64,000 nt of DNA from an uncultured bacterium (GCA_963768835.1 CAVYJB010000002.1:136230-200229); one strand, 5' to 3'. Positions 29,353 to 39,610 are shown, counted from the first letter of the stretch. Translations and numbers: made by a program. The notes: generated by a model not told the origin, from the letters alone.

Positions 29353-30357
29353 CTATTTTCTTCTCAGAAGAACCTTCATTTCCTCAATAACTTTCGTTTC
29401 AAGCGGATTCATCCCCAAACCTTGGGCTAAATAGAGAGCCGTCCAGTGGGCGAGGAGAAATCCACTCCATAACTTGATCTCTGGGCTGGATCCCTTGAGC
29501 GGCACTCCCAGCACCCGAACTCCACGGGCAGAGAGTGTGCGTTTTAAGATAGTTGTTTTCTTGCGGATTTCGGCGCGCCCGCTCGCGTCCTCCAGAAATA
29601 CCGCTACGAATTCCTTGCCGCTGCGCTCGAACCCGGCGATCTCATTATGGCTCATCTCGGGTATGACGTTCGCGAACGCAGGAGTCTTTGCGGTCTCGTT
29701 CAAGCTGATCTTCCAGATATAGCCCAAGGCTTGATGGGAAGCGCTGGTGTAGACGAGAGGAACCCGTCCCTTGAGGCTTCGCGCAAGCCGCTGCCCCGCC
29801 ACCTCAAAAACCCCTGTTCCAGGGAGATGCGGCTGTTTTACAGGCCGAATCTCCGGGAAACGAATCCGAAGGAGAGCGATGCAACTGCCGTAAGTATACC
29901 CTAACGCCTTCCTTGGTGTCAAGCCCCCTCCGGGGAAGCGCACGTAAGCAATCCCTGCCTGTTCAGCGAGACGCGCAAGCTCACCTCCTGACGTCACAGC
30001 CGCCACCATAGATCCTTTTTGTTTCACGACCTCTCGGAATCCTGAAAGCACCTCCTCGGTGTTGCCAGAAAAAGAAACGAAGAGGTGGAGAGGGTTTCGA
30101 AAATGGGTGGAAGGAAGCCCGTAGTTTTTCCAGACGACCACTGGGACGGGGATGCGAAGCGTGGCCGCAAGTTCCTTAATAACCGAGCCGGCGAGGCCCG
30201 AGCCGCCCATGCCGAAGATAATAATGCCGTCGTGCTTCCCACCCCCTTTTAGACGATTCGCGTTCCGGACCAAGAACCCTTCTCGCGGGAACTGGGCAGA
30301 GAAGTTCCGAAGGGCGCGCCGATACACCTCAAATGCATAAGAATTTCCGGGTTTCAT
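29353..30357 (-). CDS. bifunctional phosphoglucose/phosphomannose isomerase (SIS domain, archaeal-type PGI/PMI)
   Basis: …IIIFGMGGSGLAG… SIS motif and overall ~330-aa PGI/PMI family similarity. Confidence 0.65.
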   Translation of the reverse strand: MKPGNSYAFEVYRRALRNFSAQFPREGFLVRNANRLKGGGKHDGIIIFGMGGSGLAGSVIKELAATLRIPVPVVVWKNYGLPSTHFRNPLHLFVSFSGNTEEVLSGFREVVKQKGSMVAAVTSGGELARLAEQAGIAYVRFPGGGLTPRKALGYTYGSCIALLRIRFPEIRPVKQPHLPGTGVFEVAGQRLARSLKGRVPLVYTSASHQALGYIWKISLNETAKTPAFANVIPEMSHNEIAGFERSGKEFVAVFLEDASGRAEIRKKTTILKRTLSARGVRVLGVPLKGSSPEIKLWSGFLLAHWTALYLAQGLGMNPLETKVIEEMKVLLRRK

Positions 30358-30367
30358 GAGTAAGGGA

Positions 30368-32011
30368 TTATTTCAGGACACGGGCCTTCGCGATATACCA
30401 TTGCGATACGTTTTGGAAGCGATCTGCAGGAACCACCACAGGGTTCGTGGTAAACCCTCCGAGGCGATCAGTGTGGAGATATTCGTAGGGGAGCGTAAAG
30501 AGAGGTATGGCAGGGAGGTCGCTCGTGAGGATTCCATCAAGTTGCGCTACCCGAGAAGCGTCCGTGGAGCGATCCGGGCTCTGCCGCAGGTCCTCCATTA
30601 GTTTATCCGCATCTAGATTTTGGTACAACGCCAGGTTAAGGCCGGGATAGAAACGTTCCGATGAGTGCCAGAAGGGGAAGAGATCGAGCGGGTTCTCGAG
30701 CACGTCCCCGAAGAGTAGCACCTCGTAGCTGCGGCTCTGGAGCGCCTCCTCGAGCGCGGTTGGGTCAAGCGTCACAATATTCACCGATTTGATGCCAATG
30801 GCCTCCCACGCGGTTTTGACCTCGGCTGCGGCACGCTCCAGGAAATCCACCTGCGGCACAGAGAGGGTGATGGTCACGTCCCCCTCCTTTAAGCCCTGCA
30901 CGAGTTGAGACGCTTGGGTCGGGTCATAGGGGTAGCGGGAGCTCTGGCTTAAGTCCACGCTCCCAAACCCCGTTTCTCCAGGATCTACCATGGATTGGAT
31001 AAGGGAAGGAAAGAACGGGGAATCCACCACGGTTCCAGCACCCCCCGAGGCGTCGCGAGTGATCGTCGCTTTGTCGAGCGCATCCGCGAGTGCGTATCGG
31101 GCGTTCCGATCCTTGAGAAATGGGTTCGCAACAGGGTTCAGGAACAGCATGTAGGAGCGCGGCATCGGGTACGATTCCGTCACGGTGTGGGCGATGCTCG
31201 TGAAGTCAGAGGAGAGGGGCGTGAGACTTCCGTAACCCTGTACTTGCCGCGTGAGCAGTCCTTCCTGAAGATCGCTGGCGCGCTCATAGAACTGGAATGC
31301 GAAGGTTTGGATATAGGGATGAGGACCGGCGTAATTCTCGTTCGGCACTAGGGTGTATCGTGTGATAAAACCATCCTTCCGCTTCTGATAATCGTGGAAG
31401 CGGTAAGGGCCGTCCCCGACCGGCTCGAGATTGTAGGTCGAAAGGCGAAGATTCTGAATGGGTATCGCCCCGAAAATATGTTTCGGGATAATCGGGAGCC
31501 GCTTCAGATCCTCTCCGAGGAACACATAAGGGGTAGGGAGTGAAAGACGCACCTGGATCGAGCTCACGCGCTCCGCCTGAACGCCTTCCCAGGCTTTTGC
31601 GAATGGGGAGTGAGCCTCCGGATCTTCCACGGTCTGCAACGTGAACAGTACGTCATCGGAGGTTAAGGGCTGCCCGTCGTCCCATGTGAGGCCTTCTTTG
31701 ATCTTCAGCGTGTAGTGTAGGGTATCCGTCGAGACATCGTAACCCGTGAGGAGGCTGGAGAGAGGGGCATAGAGAAGCGCTCCGAGGTCTTGATCCACGG
31801 GGTTCGTAGAGACGATAGGATTCACCATGATAGGTTGTCCCACCGCACCTTCCACATAGGTGCCGCCCGCGACTGGCACATAGGTACTTCCCGCCGCGAC
31901 GGCGAGAGCGGCAAGAGCAGCTCCGCTCACAATGGCGCTCCCGAGAGCTACAAACATCCACGCGCGCTCTTTGGGAGTGAGCGCCTTAAGAATCCGTTGG
32001 GGCGTGATCAT
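30368..32011 (-). CDS. ABC transporter substrate-binding protein, family 5 (Opp/Dpp-like), membrane-anchored
   Basis: N-terminal TM anchor then SBP_bac_5-like domain. Confidence 0.65.
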   Translation of the reverse strand: MITPQRILKALTPKERAWMFVALGSAIVSGAALAALAVAAGSTYVPVAGGTYVEGAVGQPIMVNPIVSTNPVDQDLGALLYAPLSSLLTGYDVSTDTLHYTLKIKEGLTWDDGQPLTSDDVLFTLQTVEDPEAHSPFAKAWEGVQAERVSSIQVRLSLPTPYVFLGEDLKRLPIIPKHIFGAIPIQNLRLSTYNLEPVGDGPYRFHDYQKRKDGFITRYTLVPNENYAGPHPYIQTFAFQFYERASDLQEGLLTRQVQGYGSLTPLSSDFTSIAHTVTESYPMPRSYMLFLNPVANPFLKDRNARYALADALDKATITRDASGGAGTVVDSPFFPSLIQSMVDPGETGFGSVDLSQSSRYPYDPTQASQLVQGLKEGDVTITLSVPQVDFLERAAAEVKTAWEAIGIKSVNIVTLDPTALEEALQSRSYEVLLFGDVLENPLDLFPFWHSSERFYPGLNLALYQNLDADKLMEDLRQSPDRSTDASRVAQLDGILTSDLPAIPLFTLPYEYLHTDRLGGFTTNPVVVPADRFQNVSQWYIAKARVLK

Positions 32012-32058
32012 AGAGTTCAGCGAGCGGCTCCCTGCGGAGCGCAGGCGAGAGCGGCGTC

Positions 32059-32277
32059 CTATTTAATAACCAGGTGCAGAATCGCAAGGACCGCAAACGC
32101 GATACCCGCCACGATAGTGGCGATAAAGATGAGCTTCTCGAGGCCGCGGCGAGTTTGGTACGGAGCCCCGCCGCTGCCCCCCAGGACAGGCGAAAGCCCG
32201 CTCGAGCGCTCCTGTAGCAGAATGAGTGCAATAAGAACGACAGAAATGACGATTTGTCCGAGAAGGAGAAGGTTCAT
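32059..32277 (-). CDS. secG: preprotein translocase subunit SecG
   Basis: MNLLLLGQIVISVVLIALILLQ…GGSGG… typical SecG; start at MNLLL rather than upstream ATG 32319. Confidence 0.75.
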   Translation of the reverse strand: MNLLLLGQIVISVVLIALILLQERSSGLSPVLGGSGGAPYQTRRGLEKLIFIATIVAGIAFAVLAILHLVIK

Positions 32278-32284
32278 GGGTATA

Positions 32285-32656
32285 TTACCGTCTGGAGAAA
32301 ATCTTGGCCCCGAAGCCAACGATGAGATTCACGCCCCCAATGATCAGGGTTGCGTAGAGAAGTGGAGCGTATCCCTGGATTGTAAGCGGCTGAATAAGGA
32401 TGTCAAGCAAGTAGAGCATCACCGCATTCACGATAATGGTGAAAAGTCCGAGGGTAAGGAGAATAAGCGGTCCGAAGAGAAGCCTGAGGAGAGGGCGAAG
32501 GATCGCGTTCAGGAGCGCAAGGATCGCGGCGGCTTCGAGAAGTGCTAGGAAGTCACCGGTGAAAATAAAACCAGGGACAAGCTGCGTAGCCGCATAGAGT
32601 GCGACTAGGTTTGCGAATGTATGAAGGATGAATCCACCGATTAACCTCATGCGCAA
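32285..32656 (-). CDS. DUF360 / phage_holin_4_2-family membrane protein
   Basis: 4-TM 123-aa protein matching DUF360 family pattern. Confidence 0.5.
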   Translation of the reverse strand: MRMRLIGGFILHTFANLVALYAATQLVPGFIFTGDFLALLEAAAILALLNAILRPLLRLLFGPLILLTLGLFTIIVNAVMLYLLDILIQPLTIQGYAPLLYATLIIGGVNLIVGFGAKIFSRR

Positions 32657-32674
32657 AAGTATTGTACCACGCCT

Positions 32675-34222
32675 CTAATGAAGCTGGGGAAGGAGCGATT
32701 CCCCTGTCATTTCCGGGGGTTTGGGGAGTCCCAAGAGCTCAAGAATTGTCGGAGCCACATCTGCCAGAAGGCCGATGGTTTCAAGACGTCGTGCTCTAGG
32801 AACGGGGCGCGCAAACTCCTTCCCTATCAAATAGAAAGGCACGGGGCTGGGGTCGTGTTTGGTTTGCGGCTCGCCAGTCTGGCGATCAATGAGGCATTCT
32901 GCGTTCCCGTGGTCCGAGGTCACCAAAAGAACATGACCGCCGTCCAGCACGACTCGCATCAACCGTCCCAATTCTCTGTCCACGGTCTGTACGGCTCGCA
33001 CCGTTGCTTCGAAATTTCCGGTGTGCGCGATCATATCCGCATTCGCGTAGTTGAGAAGGATAAAATCGACTCCTCCCTCTTGTAGGGAGGCCAGGGCGCG
33101 GTCGGTGATGGGAGTTGCCATCATTTCGGGGTGGTCCGCATGTGAGGCCTCCACGCGGGAGGGGACAAGGATTCGGTACTCATTTGGGAACGGTTCTTCC
33201 CGGAGACCATTAAAGAAGTAGGTTACGTGGGCATATTTTTCAGTTTCGGCAACCCGGAGCTGCACCCTTCCTTTATCGGCGAGGACCTGCCCCAACGGGT
33301 TCGGTATCGTCTCACGCGAGAAGATTTCAAATCCGGGGAGCTCGCGGTTATATTCCGTGAAGGTTGCGAGGAAGAGATTGGGGATAGGGGAGAGCGGAAA
33401 GGATTTAAAAGCGGGGTCGAGGAAAGCTGAAGATATCTGGCGCATGCGATCTTCCCTGAAATTGAAGAAGACAACCGCATCGTTCGCTTGGATAGGATGA
33501 GGCTCGCCTGGGATGGTGGGCTCAACATACTCATCGTTATAGCCGCGATCGTAGGTAGCCCGAAGGGCTTCTGCGAGTGACCGATGATTTCCTTCTCCGG
33601 CCACGAGAAGTCGGTAAGCTCTCGCGGTACGGTCCCAATTCCGATCCCGGTCCATCGCATAGTACCGTCCAACAAGATCTGCGATTGTCCCCACCCCCTT
33701 CTCGTCTAGGAGCTTTTCAATGCGTGCTGTAAGCATGGCCGCCGAGTGCGGGTCGCTGTCGCGGCCATCCGTGAAGAGATGAAGGTAGACCGCCTGGGTC
33801 CCCTCGCGTTTTGCCATCTCGAGGAGGGCCACAATGTGGTCCATAGAGGCATGCACCGTCGCGCCGGTGAGAAGCCCCACTAGATGCACGGCGCCTCCGC
33901 TCTGCTTAGCGTGGTCGAACGCCGCCTTTAGGCGAGGGAGAGTGAAAAATGAGCCGTCACGGATAGCGCCCTCAATTCTTTGAAAATGCTGGAAGAGAAT
34001 ACGGCCAGCACCAATAGTAAGATGTCCTACTTCGCTGTTTCCCTCTTCGTTCCAGGGGAGACCAATGGAGGTCCCAGATGCCTGCAGGGCTCCTGCGGGG
34101 AAATTCGCCTCGATAGATGGGATGATCTGTAAACCTGCGCCATAAATAGGGTTCGAGGCGTCGTCCGGGCCGATCCCCCAACCATCCATGATCACGAGTA
34201 CACAAGTGCGTTTCATCTGCAC
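32675..34222 (-). CDS. gpmI: 2,3-bisphosphoglycerate-independent phosphoglycerate mutase
   Basis: N-terminal …VLVIMDGWGIGP… and metalloenzyme domain; ~515 aa. Confidence 0.9.
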   Translation of the reverse strand: MQMKRTCVLVIMDGWGIGPDDASNPIYGAGLQIIPSIEANFPAGALQASGTSIGLPWNEEGNSEVGHLTIGAGRILFQHFQRIEGAIRDGSFFTLPRLKAAFDHAKQSGGAVHLVGLLTGATVHASMDHIVALLEMAKREGTQAVYLHLFTDGRDSDPHSAAMLTARIEKLLDEKGVGTIADLVGRYYAMDRDRNWDRTARAYRLLVAGEGNHRSLAEALRATYDRGYNDEYVEPTIPGEPHPIQANDAVVFFNFREDRMRQISSAFLDPAFKSFPLSPIPNLFLATFTEYNRELPGFEIFSRETIPNPLGQVLADKGRVQLRVAETEKYAHVTYFFNGLREEPFPNEYRILVPSRVEASHADHPEMMATPITDRALASLQEGGVDFILLNYANADMIAHTGNFEATVRAVQTVDRELGRLMRVVLDGGHVLLVTSDHGNAECLIDRQTGEPQTKHDPSPVPFYLIGKEFARPVPRARRLETIGLLADVAPTILELLGLPKPPEMTGESLLPQLH

Positions 34223-34356
34223 TCATTCTAACGCATGCCTCTCGGGGCGTACAGAAACGGAAATTGTCTCTAAAAAATTGACCCCGCTGCCGTCTCCGGC
34301 GTATAATTCAAAGGTTAGAAAAGTCGAAATGTATCTAACAATCCATCTAAATTGCA

Positions 34357-35880
34357 ATGGGAAACACCACCTGGTTAGCAGGCGGTCTGGCACTCGTGGG
34401 TCTTGTGGCGGGGTATTACCTCCGCCTCTGGCTCGCCAAGCGATCTCAGACCTCGCTAGAGAGAAAGACCGAGAAGGAACTCGAGAACGCTAACGCACAG
34501 TCGAAGGAAATTGTTCTGGCGGCGAAGGACAAGGCCGCATCGATCCTCGTCGACGCACAGAAAGAGGCTCGCGAGCGCGAGCAGGAGCTTCGGCGTCTGG
34601 AGGAACGTCTTCTCAAACGGGAAGACTCCTTGGAACGCGATCGCGGGCATCTAGAAACCGAGACCGCCCGGGTTCGCAAGGAAGCGGACGCCGTCGTCGA
34701 ATATGAACAGCGCGTGAAAACGCTCGAGGAGAAGGCTGTCAAGGAGATCGAGGGAGTTGCCGGGCTCTCCCGAGAAGAAGCTAAAACAAAGCTTTTCCAG
34801 GAGATTGAGGATTCTTCCCACAAGGAGCTCGCAGAAACTCTTATACGGCTTGAACGTGAACGCCGAGATGAAATAGAGAAGAAGGGCCTCAACATTATGA
34901 CTTCCGCTATCCAGCGATACGCACGCGACTACGTGGCGGATGTGACGACAAGCGTAGTACCCATTCCGAACGACGAACTCAAGGGGAAGATCATCGGGCG
35001 CGAGGGCCGGAACGTCCGCACCTTCGAACGTCTGACGGGTGTCGAGGTCATTGTGGACGAGACTCCCGAAGCTATCGTTCTGTCTTCTTTCGATCCATTG
35101 CGTCGCGAACTCGCGAAGATTGCCCTCGAGAAACTTATCAAGGACGGACGTATCCAGCCCGCAAAGATTGAGGAGAAGGTGGAAGAAGCCCGGGCTCAGC
35201 TTGATGACCAGATCCGGAAGGTCGGCGAAGAAGCCGCCTATGAGGCCGGAATCCTCGATTTACCTAAGGAAATCAACTATCTTTTGGGACGGCTGAACTA
35301 CCGCACCAGCTATGGGCAGAACGTTCTCCAGCACTCGCTCGAGATGACGTATATCGCGGGGATGATCGCTGCAGAGCTCCATTTGAACGTCGCGGTGACG
35401 AAGAAAGCAGCGCTCCTCCACGATATTGGGAAGGCCATTGACCACGACGTGGAGGGTACGCATGTGGAACTTGGTCGGAAGCTTCTCAAGAAGTACGGCA
35501 TCGAAGAGGTGGTGATCCAGGGGATGGAGGCTCACCACGAAGAATTTCCGTTCGCAACTCCGGAGTCTTATGTTGTTGCGGCAGCCGACGCCATCTCCGC
35601 GGCGCGTCCCGGAGCTCGGCGTGACACCCTAGAAAAGTACCTAAAGCGCCTTGAGAGCATTGAAAAAGTGGTCGGCGAGTTTGAGGGCGTCAAACAAGCC
35701 TATGCGGTTTCGGCGGGGCGGGAGGTGCGTGTTTTTGTGGTGCCTGAAAAGATTGACGATTTCGGGGCACTCGAATTAGCTAAGAAAATCGCGGGTAAAA
35801 TACAGTCTGACGTGGAATATCCCGGTGAGATCAAGGTTACCGTTATAAGGGAAACAAAGGCGGTAGAGTTCGCCCGTTAG
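34357..35880 (+). CDS. rny: ribonuclease Y
   Basis: N-terminal TM, coiled coil, KH domain (GKIIGREGRNVRTFERLTGV), HD domain (LLHDIGKA). Confidence 0.9.
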   Translation: MGNTTWLAGGLALVGLVAGYYLRLWLAKRSQTSLERKTEKELENANAQSKEIVLAAKDKAASILVDAQKEAREREQELRRLEERLLKREDSLERDRGHLETETARVRKEADAVVEYEQRVKTLEEKAVKEIEGVAGLSREEAKTKLFQEIEDSSHKELAETLIRLERERRDEIEKKGLNIMTSAIQRYARDYVADVTTSVVPIPNDELKGKIIGREGRNVRTFERLTGVEVIVDETPEAIVLSSFDPLRRELAKIALEKLIKDGRIQPAKIEEKVEEARAQLDDQIRKVGEEAAYEAGILDLPKEINYLLGRLNYRTSYGQNVLQHSLEMTYIAGMIAAELHLNVAVTKKAALLHDIGKAIDHDVEGTHVELGRKLLKKYGIEEVVIQGMEAHHEEFPFATPESYVVAAADAISAARPGARRDTLEKYLKRLESIEKVVGEFEGVKQAYAVSAGREVRVFVVPEKIDDFGALELAKKIAGKIQSDVEYPGEIKVTVIRETKAVEFAR

Positions 35881-35965
35881 GGCTCCAGCGCCAAGCTTCG
35901 CGGTTTTGCTATAATTTTGGTATACTGTACCAGAAGGAAAGGTCGATTTTGCCTATACTCTACCT

Positions 35966-36241
35966 ATGAAAAAAGACGGTATCGTTGAAGCGGTGATGAA
36001 AGCAGCTGACATTGAGACAAAGAAACAGGCAGGCCTTGCTGTCGAAGCGGTATTCGACACGATTGTAAAAACCCTGAGCCGTGGTGAAGAAGTAGCGGTC
36101 GCCGGCTTTGGAACCTTCCGCGTTGCAAAGCGCGCGGCCCGCATGGGACGGAATCCTAAGACTGGTGAGGCGATCCAAATTGCTGCGTCCACGAAGCCCA
36201 AATTTAGGGCCGGAAAGCTTCTCAAGGAGGCAGTAAAATAA
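35966..36241 (+). CDS. hup: DNA-binding protein HU
   Basis: …AVAGFGTFRVAKRAARMGRNPKTGEAIQIAASTKPKF… canonical HU. Confidence 0.9.
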   Translation: MKKDGIVEAVMKAADIETKKQAGLAVEAVFDTIVKTLSRGEEVAVAGFGTFRVAKRAARMGRNPKTGEAIQIAASTKPKFRAGKLLKEAVK

Positions 36242-36275
36242 CGCCAAAGCCTTCGAAAAGAGCACGAAGGAACGA

Positions 36276-36303
36276 AAAACTCCCGCTAATACGGGAGTTT
36301 TTC
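36276..36303. terminator. bidirectional rho-independent terminator
   Basis: AAAAACTCCCGCTAATACGGGAGTTTTT. Confidence 0.75.
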
Positions 36304-36319
36304 TACTATCCAGAAGCTT

Positions 36320-37360
36320 TTACTGGAAAAGCCCCCGTGCTACCGTGCTCATTTCCAAAAAGGTTTGATAGGCCTTTTGGAGTTTCCCTAAGGACTGATT
36401 TACAAGGGATTCAACGGATGGCGGAGCAACGGGGGATGTTGAAGTTGCCGTCGAAGTTGTGGTGATGGTTTCGAGTATAGACCCTGCAGTACTCGAGGTA
36501 TTAGTAGATGTGGCGGTTTCCGCTGTAGAGGTAGGGGTGGAGGTTGTAGTGAAGAAGAGTAGCTGTGTAGAAGAAGTGGTCGAAGTTGAGACCGAGAGAG
36601 ATGGAGTCGATGTGGCGGTGGAAGACGCTACGGCGGAAGTTTCTGAAGAGGTTGCGCTTGATGTGGCGACAGGGGGCAGAATATTCATGGCCCAGAAACT
36701 ATCATGGGCTTCCTGGTCTAGATTGCTCGCGTCCTGAATCAGCCCCCCAGCCGTTTTGAGAAGGCGGTTCAGGGTCTGGGCGCTTGTGGGCCGCAGTTGA
36801 CCTAGGGCGCTGATTCCGTCCCCGACCTTCTTGAGACGGTTCGAAGCGATAGCAATGGCCTGGGATTCCTGATCAATTAGGAGGAAATCTCGGATCTGCC
36901 CCGCCACGTCAATGAAGTTCGTATCGCGCCATGTCTTGAAGTCCTGGGCGACTTTCCGGATGCCGGCGAGATCTAGGGTATCGGCATAATCATTTAGCCA
37001 TTCCTTTTCCTTTTCATAGTAGTCGAGGGCGTTTTGCAGAGAGTTAAGAGCTCCGCTTTTCCACGCTCCCGCGGCGGTATCCCCGCCCTCGTCATAATTC
37101 AAAAGTTGCGTTTTGAGATCTTGGGCTTCTGCAGCCGAGAAATCGATAACCTTCCCAAATGTCTCGATTCGGAGGCCTACGTCATTCGAGGAGCTCTGAT
37201 CTTTTCCCACCACAAGATCGTCCAAGCTCTGTTTTACGGAATCCAAGACCTGCTGGACGGGGGAAGTTTGCTGAGCTTGTGCAATCGAAAAAAAACCGCC
37301 TACGCCGGTAGCGAAAAGAACGGAGAGAATCACGGCGGTCGTGCGACGGAGAGGCAGCAT
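36320..37360 (-). CDS. secreted protein with Ser/Thr-rich low-complexity region
   Basis: Signal peptide; ~90-aa S/T-rich tract (…TSSATSSETSAVASSTATSTPS…) suggesting O-glycosylated linker. Confidence 0.5.
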   Translation of the reverse strand: MLPLRRTTAVILSVLFATGVGGFFSIAQAQQTSPVQQVLDSVKQSLDDLVVGKDQSSSNDVGLRIETFGKVIDFSAAEAQDLKTQLLNYDEGGDTAAGAWKSGALNSLQNALDYYEKEKEWLNDYADTLDLAGIRKVAQDFKTWRDTNFIDVAGQIRDFLLIDQESQAIAIASNRLKKVGDGISALGQLRPTSAQTLNRLLKTAGGLIQDASNLDQEAHDSFWAMNILPPVATSSATSSETSAVASSTATSTPSLSVSTSTTSSTQLLFFTTTSTPTSTAETATSTNTSSTAGSILETITTTSTATSTSPVAPPSVESLVNQSLGKLQKAYQTFLEMSTVARGLFQ

Positions 37361-37363
37361 TCG

Positions 37364-37846
37364 TTAGAATATAACCTGGTTAAGCATCTGGTTGATGTCT
37401 TGGTCGGGGGTAGGAGCTTCCGCGGGGAGATTAAGTTTTTGTTCCTCGGACTCCAAAAGGGGTGGACTGAGGTGGTTGGTGTGGATGTCGGTAATCTCGG
37501 TTATTGCGGATGCCACGGTAGCATTCGCGGAGTCTTGGTAGCCGATCTTGGAAAGCTCGATATTAATAGGAAGGTTTTGGAACTCGGATGTGAGATTGTT
37601 AGTGTCCAGAGCTGCCACTGCGGTGGGCACGGGGGTAGGGAAAAGGTTGGGGATCAAGGCCGCAACAGCAAGAAAGACCAAAGCGGCGGCAGGGGCGGCC
37701 CACCGGAGAAAGATGAAGCGTCCCGAGGGCTGGAAGGCCTCCTCTTGGCGGTCCACCACGAGCATGCTTCGAGCCGCCGCCACCCAGGTCGGGTCCGGTG
37801 CGATAGCCTTAAGCCTCTTTAATTGTTGAAGTAGTTGATCCTCCAT
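37364..37846 (-). CDS. putative anti-sigma factor (single-pass membrane protein)
   Basis: Immediately downstream of ECF sigma gene, N-terminal cytoplasmic segment then one TM; start may be downstream of 37846 (overlap with sigma gene). Confidence 0.45.
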   Translation of the reverse strand: MEDQLLQQLKRLKAIAPDPTWVAAARSMLVVDRQEEAFQPSGRFIFLRWAAPAAALVFLAVAALIPNLFPTPVPTAVAALDTNNLTSEFQNLPINIELSKIGYQDSANATVASAITEITDIHTNHLSPPLLESEEQKLNLPAEAPTPDQDINQMLNQVIF

Positions 37847-38378
37847 TGTTGTTCAGGCTGATTTTGAGGAGCTTGAGGGCGCGGTGTTGGATAACACGGA
37901 TGGCTCCTTCGGTCTTGCCCAGCGCTTGGGCGATTTCCCGTGTCGTGAGATCGTCCACGAAACGCATCAAAATAACATTCTGCTGGTCTTCCTCGAGGTG
38001 TACGAGAGCGGTTCGGATTCGATTGAAGTCTAGCGCGTGCCCAAGGTCTTCCTCGAACCTCGCGGGCTGTGCAACGATCTCTTCCGGGACGGTCTCTAGG
38101 GGTTGCGTGCTCCGCGCGGTGCGGTAGTGATCGATGACGGCGTTCACTGCGATGCGATAGAGCCAGCTCGTGAAAGGAAACCCCTTCGCTTCGTAGTCCC
38201 CGACATGCTGCCAAGCATTCATGAAAACCTGCTGAGTAAGATCCTCGGTATCGTGTCGGTTCCCAACCCTCAGGAAAATGAACCGGTAGATACGGGTTAC
38301 ATACGCATCGTACAGTTTCCCGAACGCTTCCCCATCTCCTTTCTGCGCCTTTTCAATAAATGTACTGTCGTCCTTCAT
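37809..38378 (-). CDS. ECF-type RNA polymerase sigma factor
   Basis: Sigma-70 region 2 (…YRFIFLRVGNRHDTEDLTQQVF…) and region 4 HTH (…LTTREIAQALGKTEGAIRVIQHRALKLL…). Confidence 0.8.
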   Translation of the reverse strand: MKDDSTFIEKAQKGDGEAFGKLYDAYVTRIYRFIFLRVGNRHDTEDLTQQVFMNAWQHVGDYEAKGFPFTSWLYRIAVNAVIDHYRTARSTQPLETVPEEIVAQPARFEEDLGHALDFNRIRTALVHLEEDQQNVILMRFVDDLTTREIAQALGKTEGAIRVIQHRALKLLKISLNNNGGSTTSTIKEA

Positions 38379-38447
38379 AGATTAGAACGAAGCGAAGAGC
38401 CTCTTCGTTTCGTAACGCCCTGTAACACTTTGATTTGCAACATTGAG

Positions 38448-38518
38448 TGCGGGATACCGGGATCGAACCGGTGCCTTAACCTTGGAAGGGTCACGTACTG
38501 CCACTATACGAATCCCGC
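38448..38518 (-). tRNA. tRNA-Gly (anticodon UCC)
   Basis: Minus strand GCGGGAT…ATCCCGC acceptor, anticodon stem TGACC/GGTTA loop CTTCCAA, T-arm ACCGG-TTCGATC-CCGGT; D-stem only 3 bp. Confidence 0.65.
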
Positions 38519-38636
38519 GAATGGCTTTCGGGTGCCCCCCCATTAAACCATAGGTATCTCTGCTTGTCCCGTATCCTACGTGGGGCTTCAGGTTCTGCAA
38601 CGGTTGCTGGGTTTGAGCACTCTCGACCCTTCGTGT

Positions 38637-39263
38637 ATGATGGTACAACGTATGAAGTGGGAGAAAGCGTCCCGAAAACACCTGTGGTGGGGGGTTGGCG
38701 CGGCTGGCGTGCTTTTGGCGGCGGGCGCCGTGGTGCTCGTTGTCCGGAGCGCGGGCCCCGTGGTGCTTCCGCCTGAGTTCTTAGCGGCTCGCCGGAGCGC
38801 CGCTCTCACGAGCGCGCAGATCGTGAGCCTTACGAACCAGACGGACGATACGATTAAGCAGGTCAATTTCTCGGACCTTGGGGGTGACAGTACCCAAGCA
38901 CTCGCGCTTATCGAAAATGCACGTTCCGCCAACCGCGAGGCTTACAGCAAAGCCTTCGAGCTTACAGGGTATCTCCAAACCCTCGCGGGCTCACTTCAGG
39001 CAATTCCGCCCGGGTCCGGGCAGGGAGTCGCCTACGAAGCGGTATCGGTGGAACTTTCGCTCGTGAGTGAATTCATTCTCTATACCCAGCAATTGAACGG
39101 TTTTCTGGACGCTCTTGGAAAGGCTATCACATCGGGCACGCCCGCGGATCGAAGTGCTGCTCAGGCGGCGCTCGCGGGGGTGAACACGGAAGTAACAAAA
39201 ATCGACACCATTAACCAACAGTTTCTCTCGAAGATGCAGGAGTTCGATCAGTCTCTCCAGTGA
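38637..39263 (+). CDS. membrane-anchored hypothetical protein
   Basis: N-terminal TM (WWGVGAAGVLLAAGAVVLVV) then helical domain; longer ORF from 38580. Confidence 0.45.
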   Translation: MMVQRMKWEKASRKHLWWGVGAAGVLLAAGAVVLVVRSAGPVVLPPEFLAARRSAALTSAQIVSLTNQTDDTIKQVNFSDLGGDSTQALALIENARSANREAYSKAFELTGYLQTLAGSLQAIPPGSGQGVAYEAVSVELSLVSEFILYTQQLNGFLDALGKAITSGTPADRSAAQAALAGVNTEVTKIDTINQQFLSKMQEFDQSLQ

Positions 39264-39610
39264 ACGAATGGGGTTTAGAAAGCGCCGTGTTTGACGGCGC
39301 CTTCTGTTTTCGATACGGTGAGGGCAGCCAAGCTTTTATAACCACACAACAACGAGGAACCGTCATGGTCCCGACTTTGCAATCGATCGCCAGCGCCCAG
39401 AAGGGAAACCCGTCGAAGTGCCCCTCCTGTAATCAGCCATTCAGGCCACTCGATCCGATCTGGGAGCATAAGCCGACAGGAATCATTATCCACGAACCCG
39501 ATCCATTCTCCGAATACAGGTGTGTTGCGACCGCCCACGCCCCATTTCGGGAAATTCCCCTAGGGGAATGGAAGGTATGTCGTCGTTTCTTTCCTCCCGC
39601 GGGCGCATAA
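39260..39610 (+). CDS. small Cys-containing hypothetical protein
   Basis: ATGA overlap with upstream gene; CPSC motif; followed by hairpin terminator 39626-39655. Confidence 0.35.
   Translation: MNEWGLESAVFDGAFCFRYGEGSQAFITTQQRGTVMVPTLQSIASAQKGNPSKCPSCNQPFRPLDPIWEHKPTGIIIHEPDPFSEYRCVATAHAPFREIPLGEWKVCRRFFPPAGA

Noticed and set aside
36459-36737. 92-aa plus-strand ORF inside the Ser/Thr-rich secreted protein gene
   Set aside because: It is an antisense translation of the low-complexity S/T tract.
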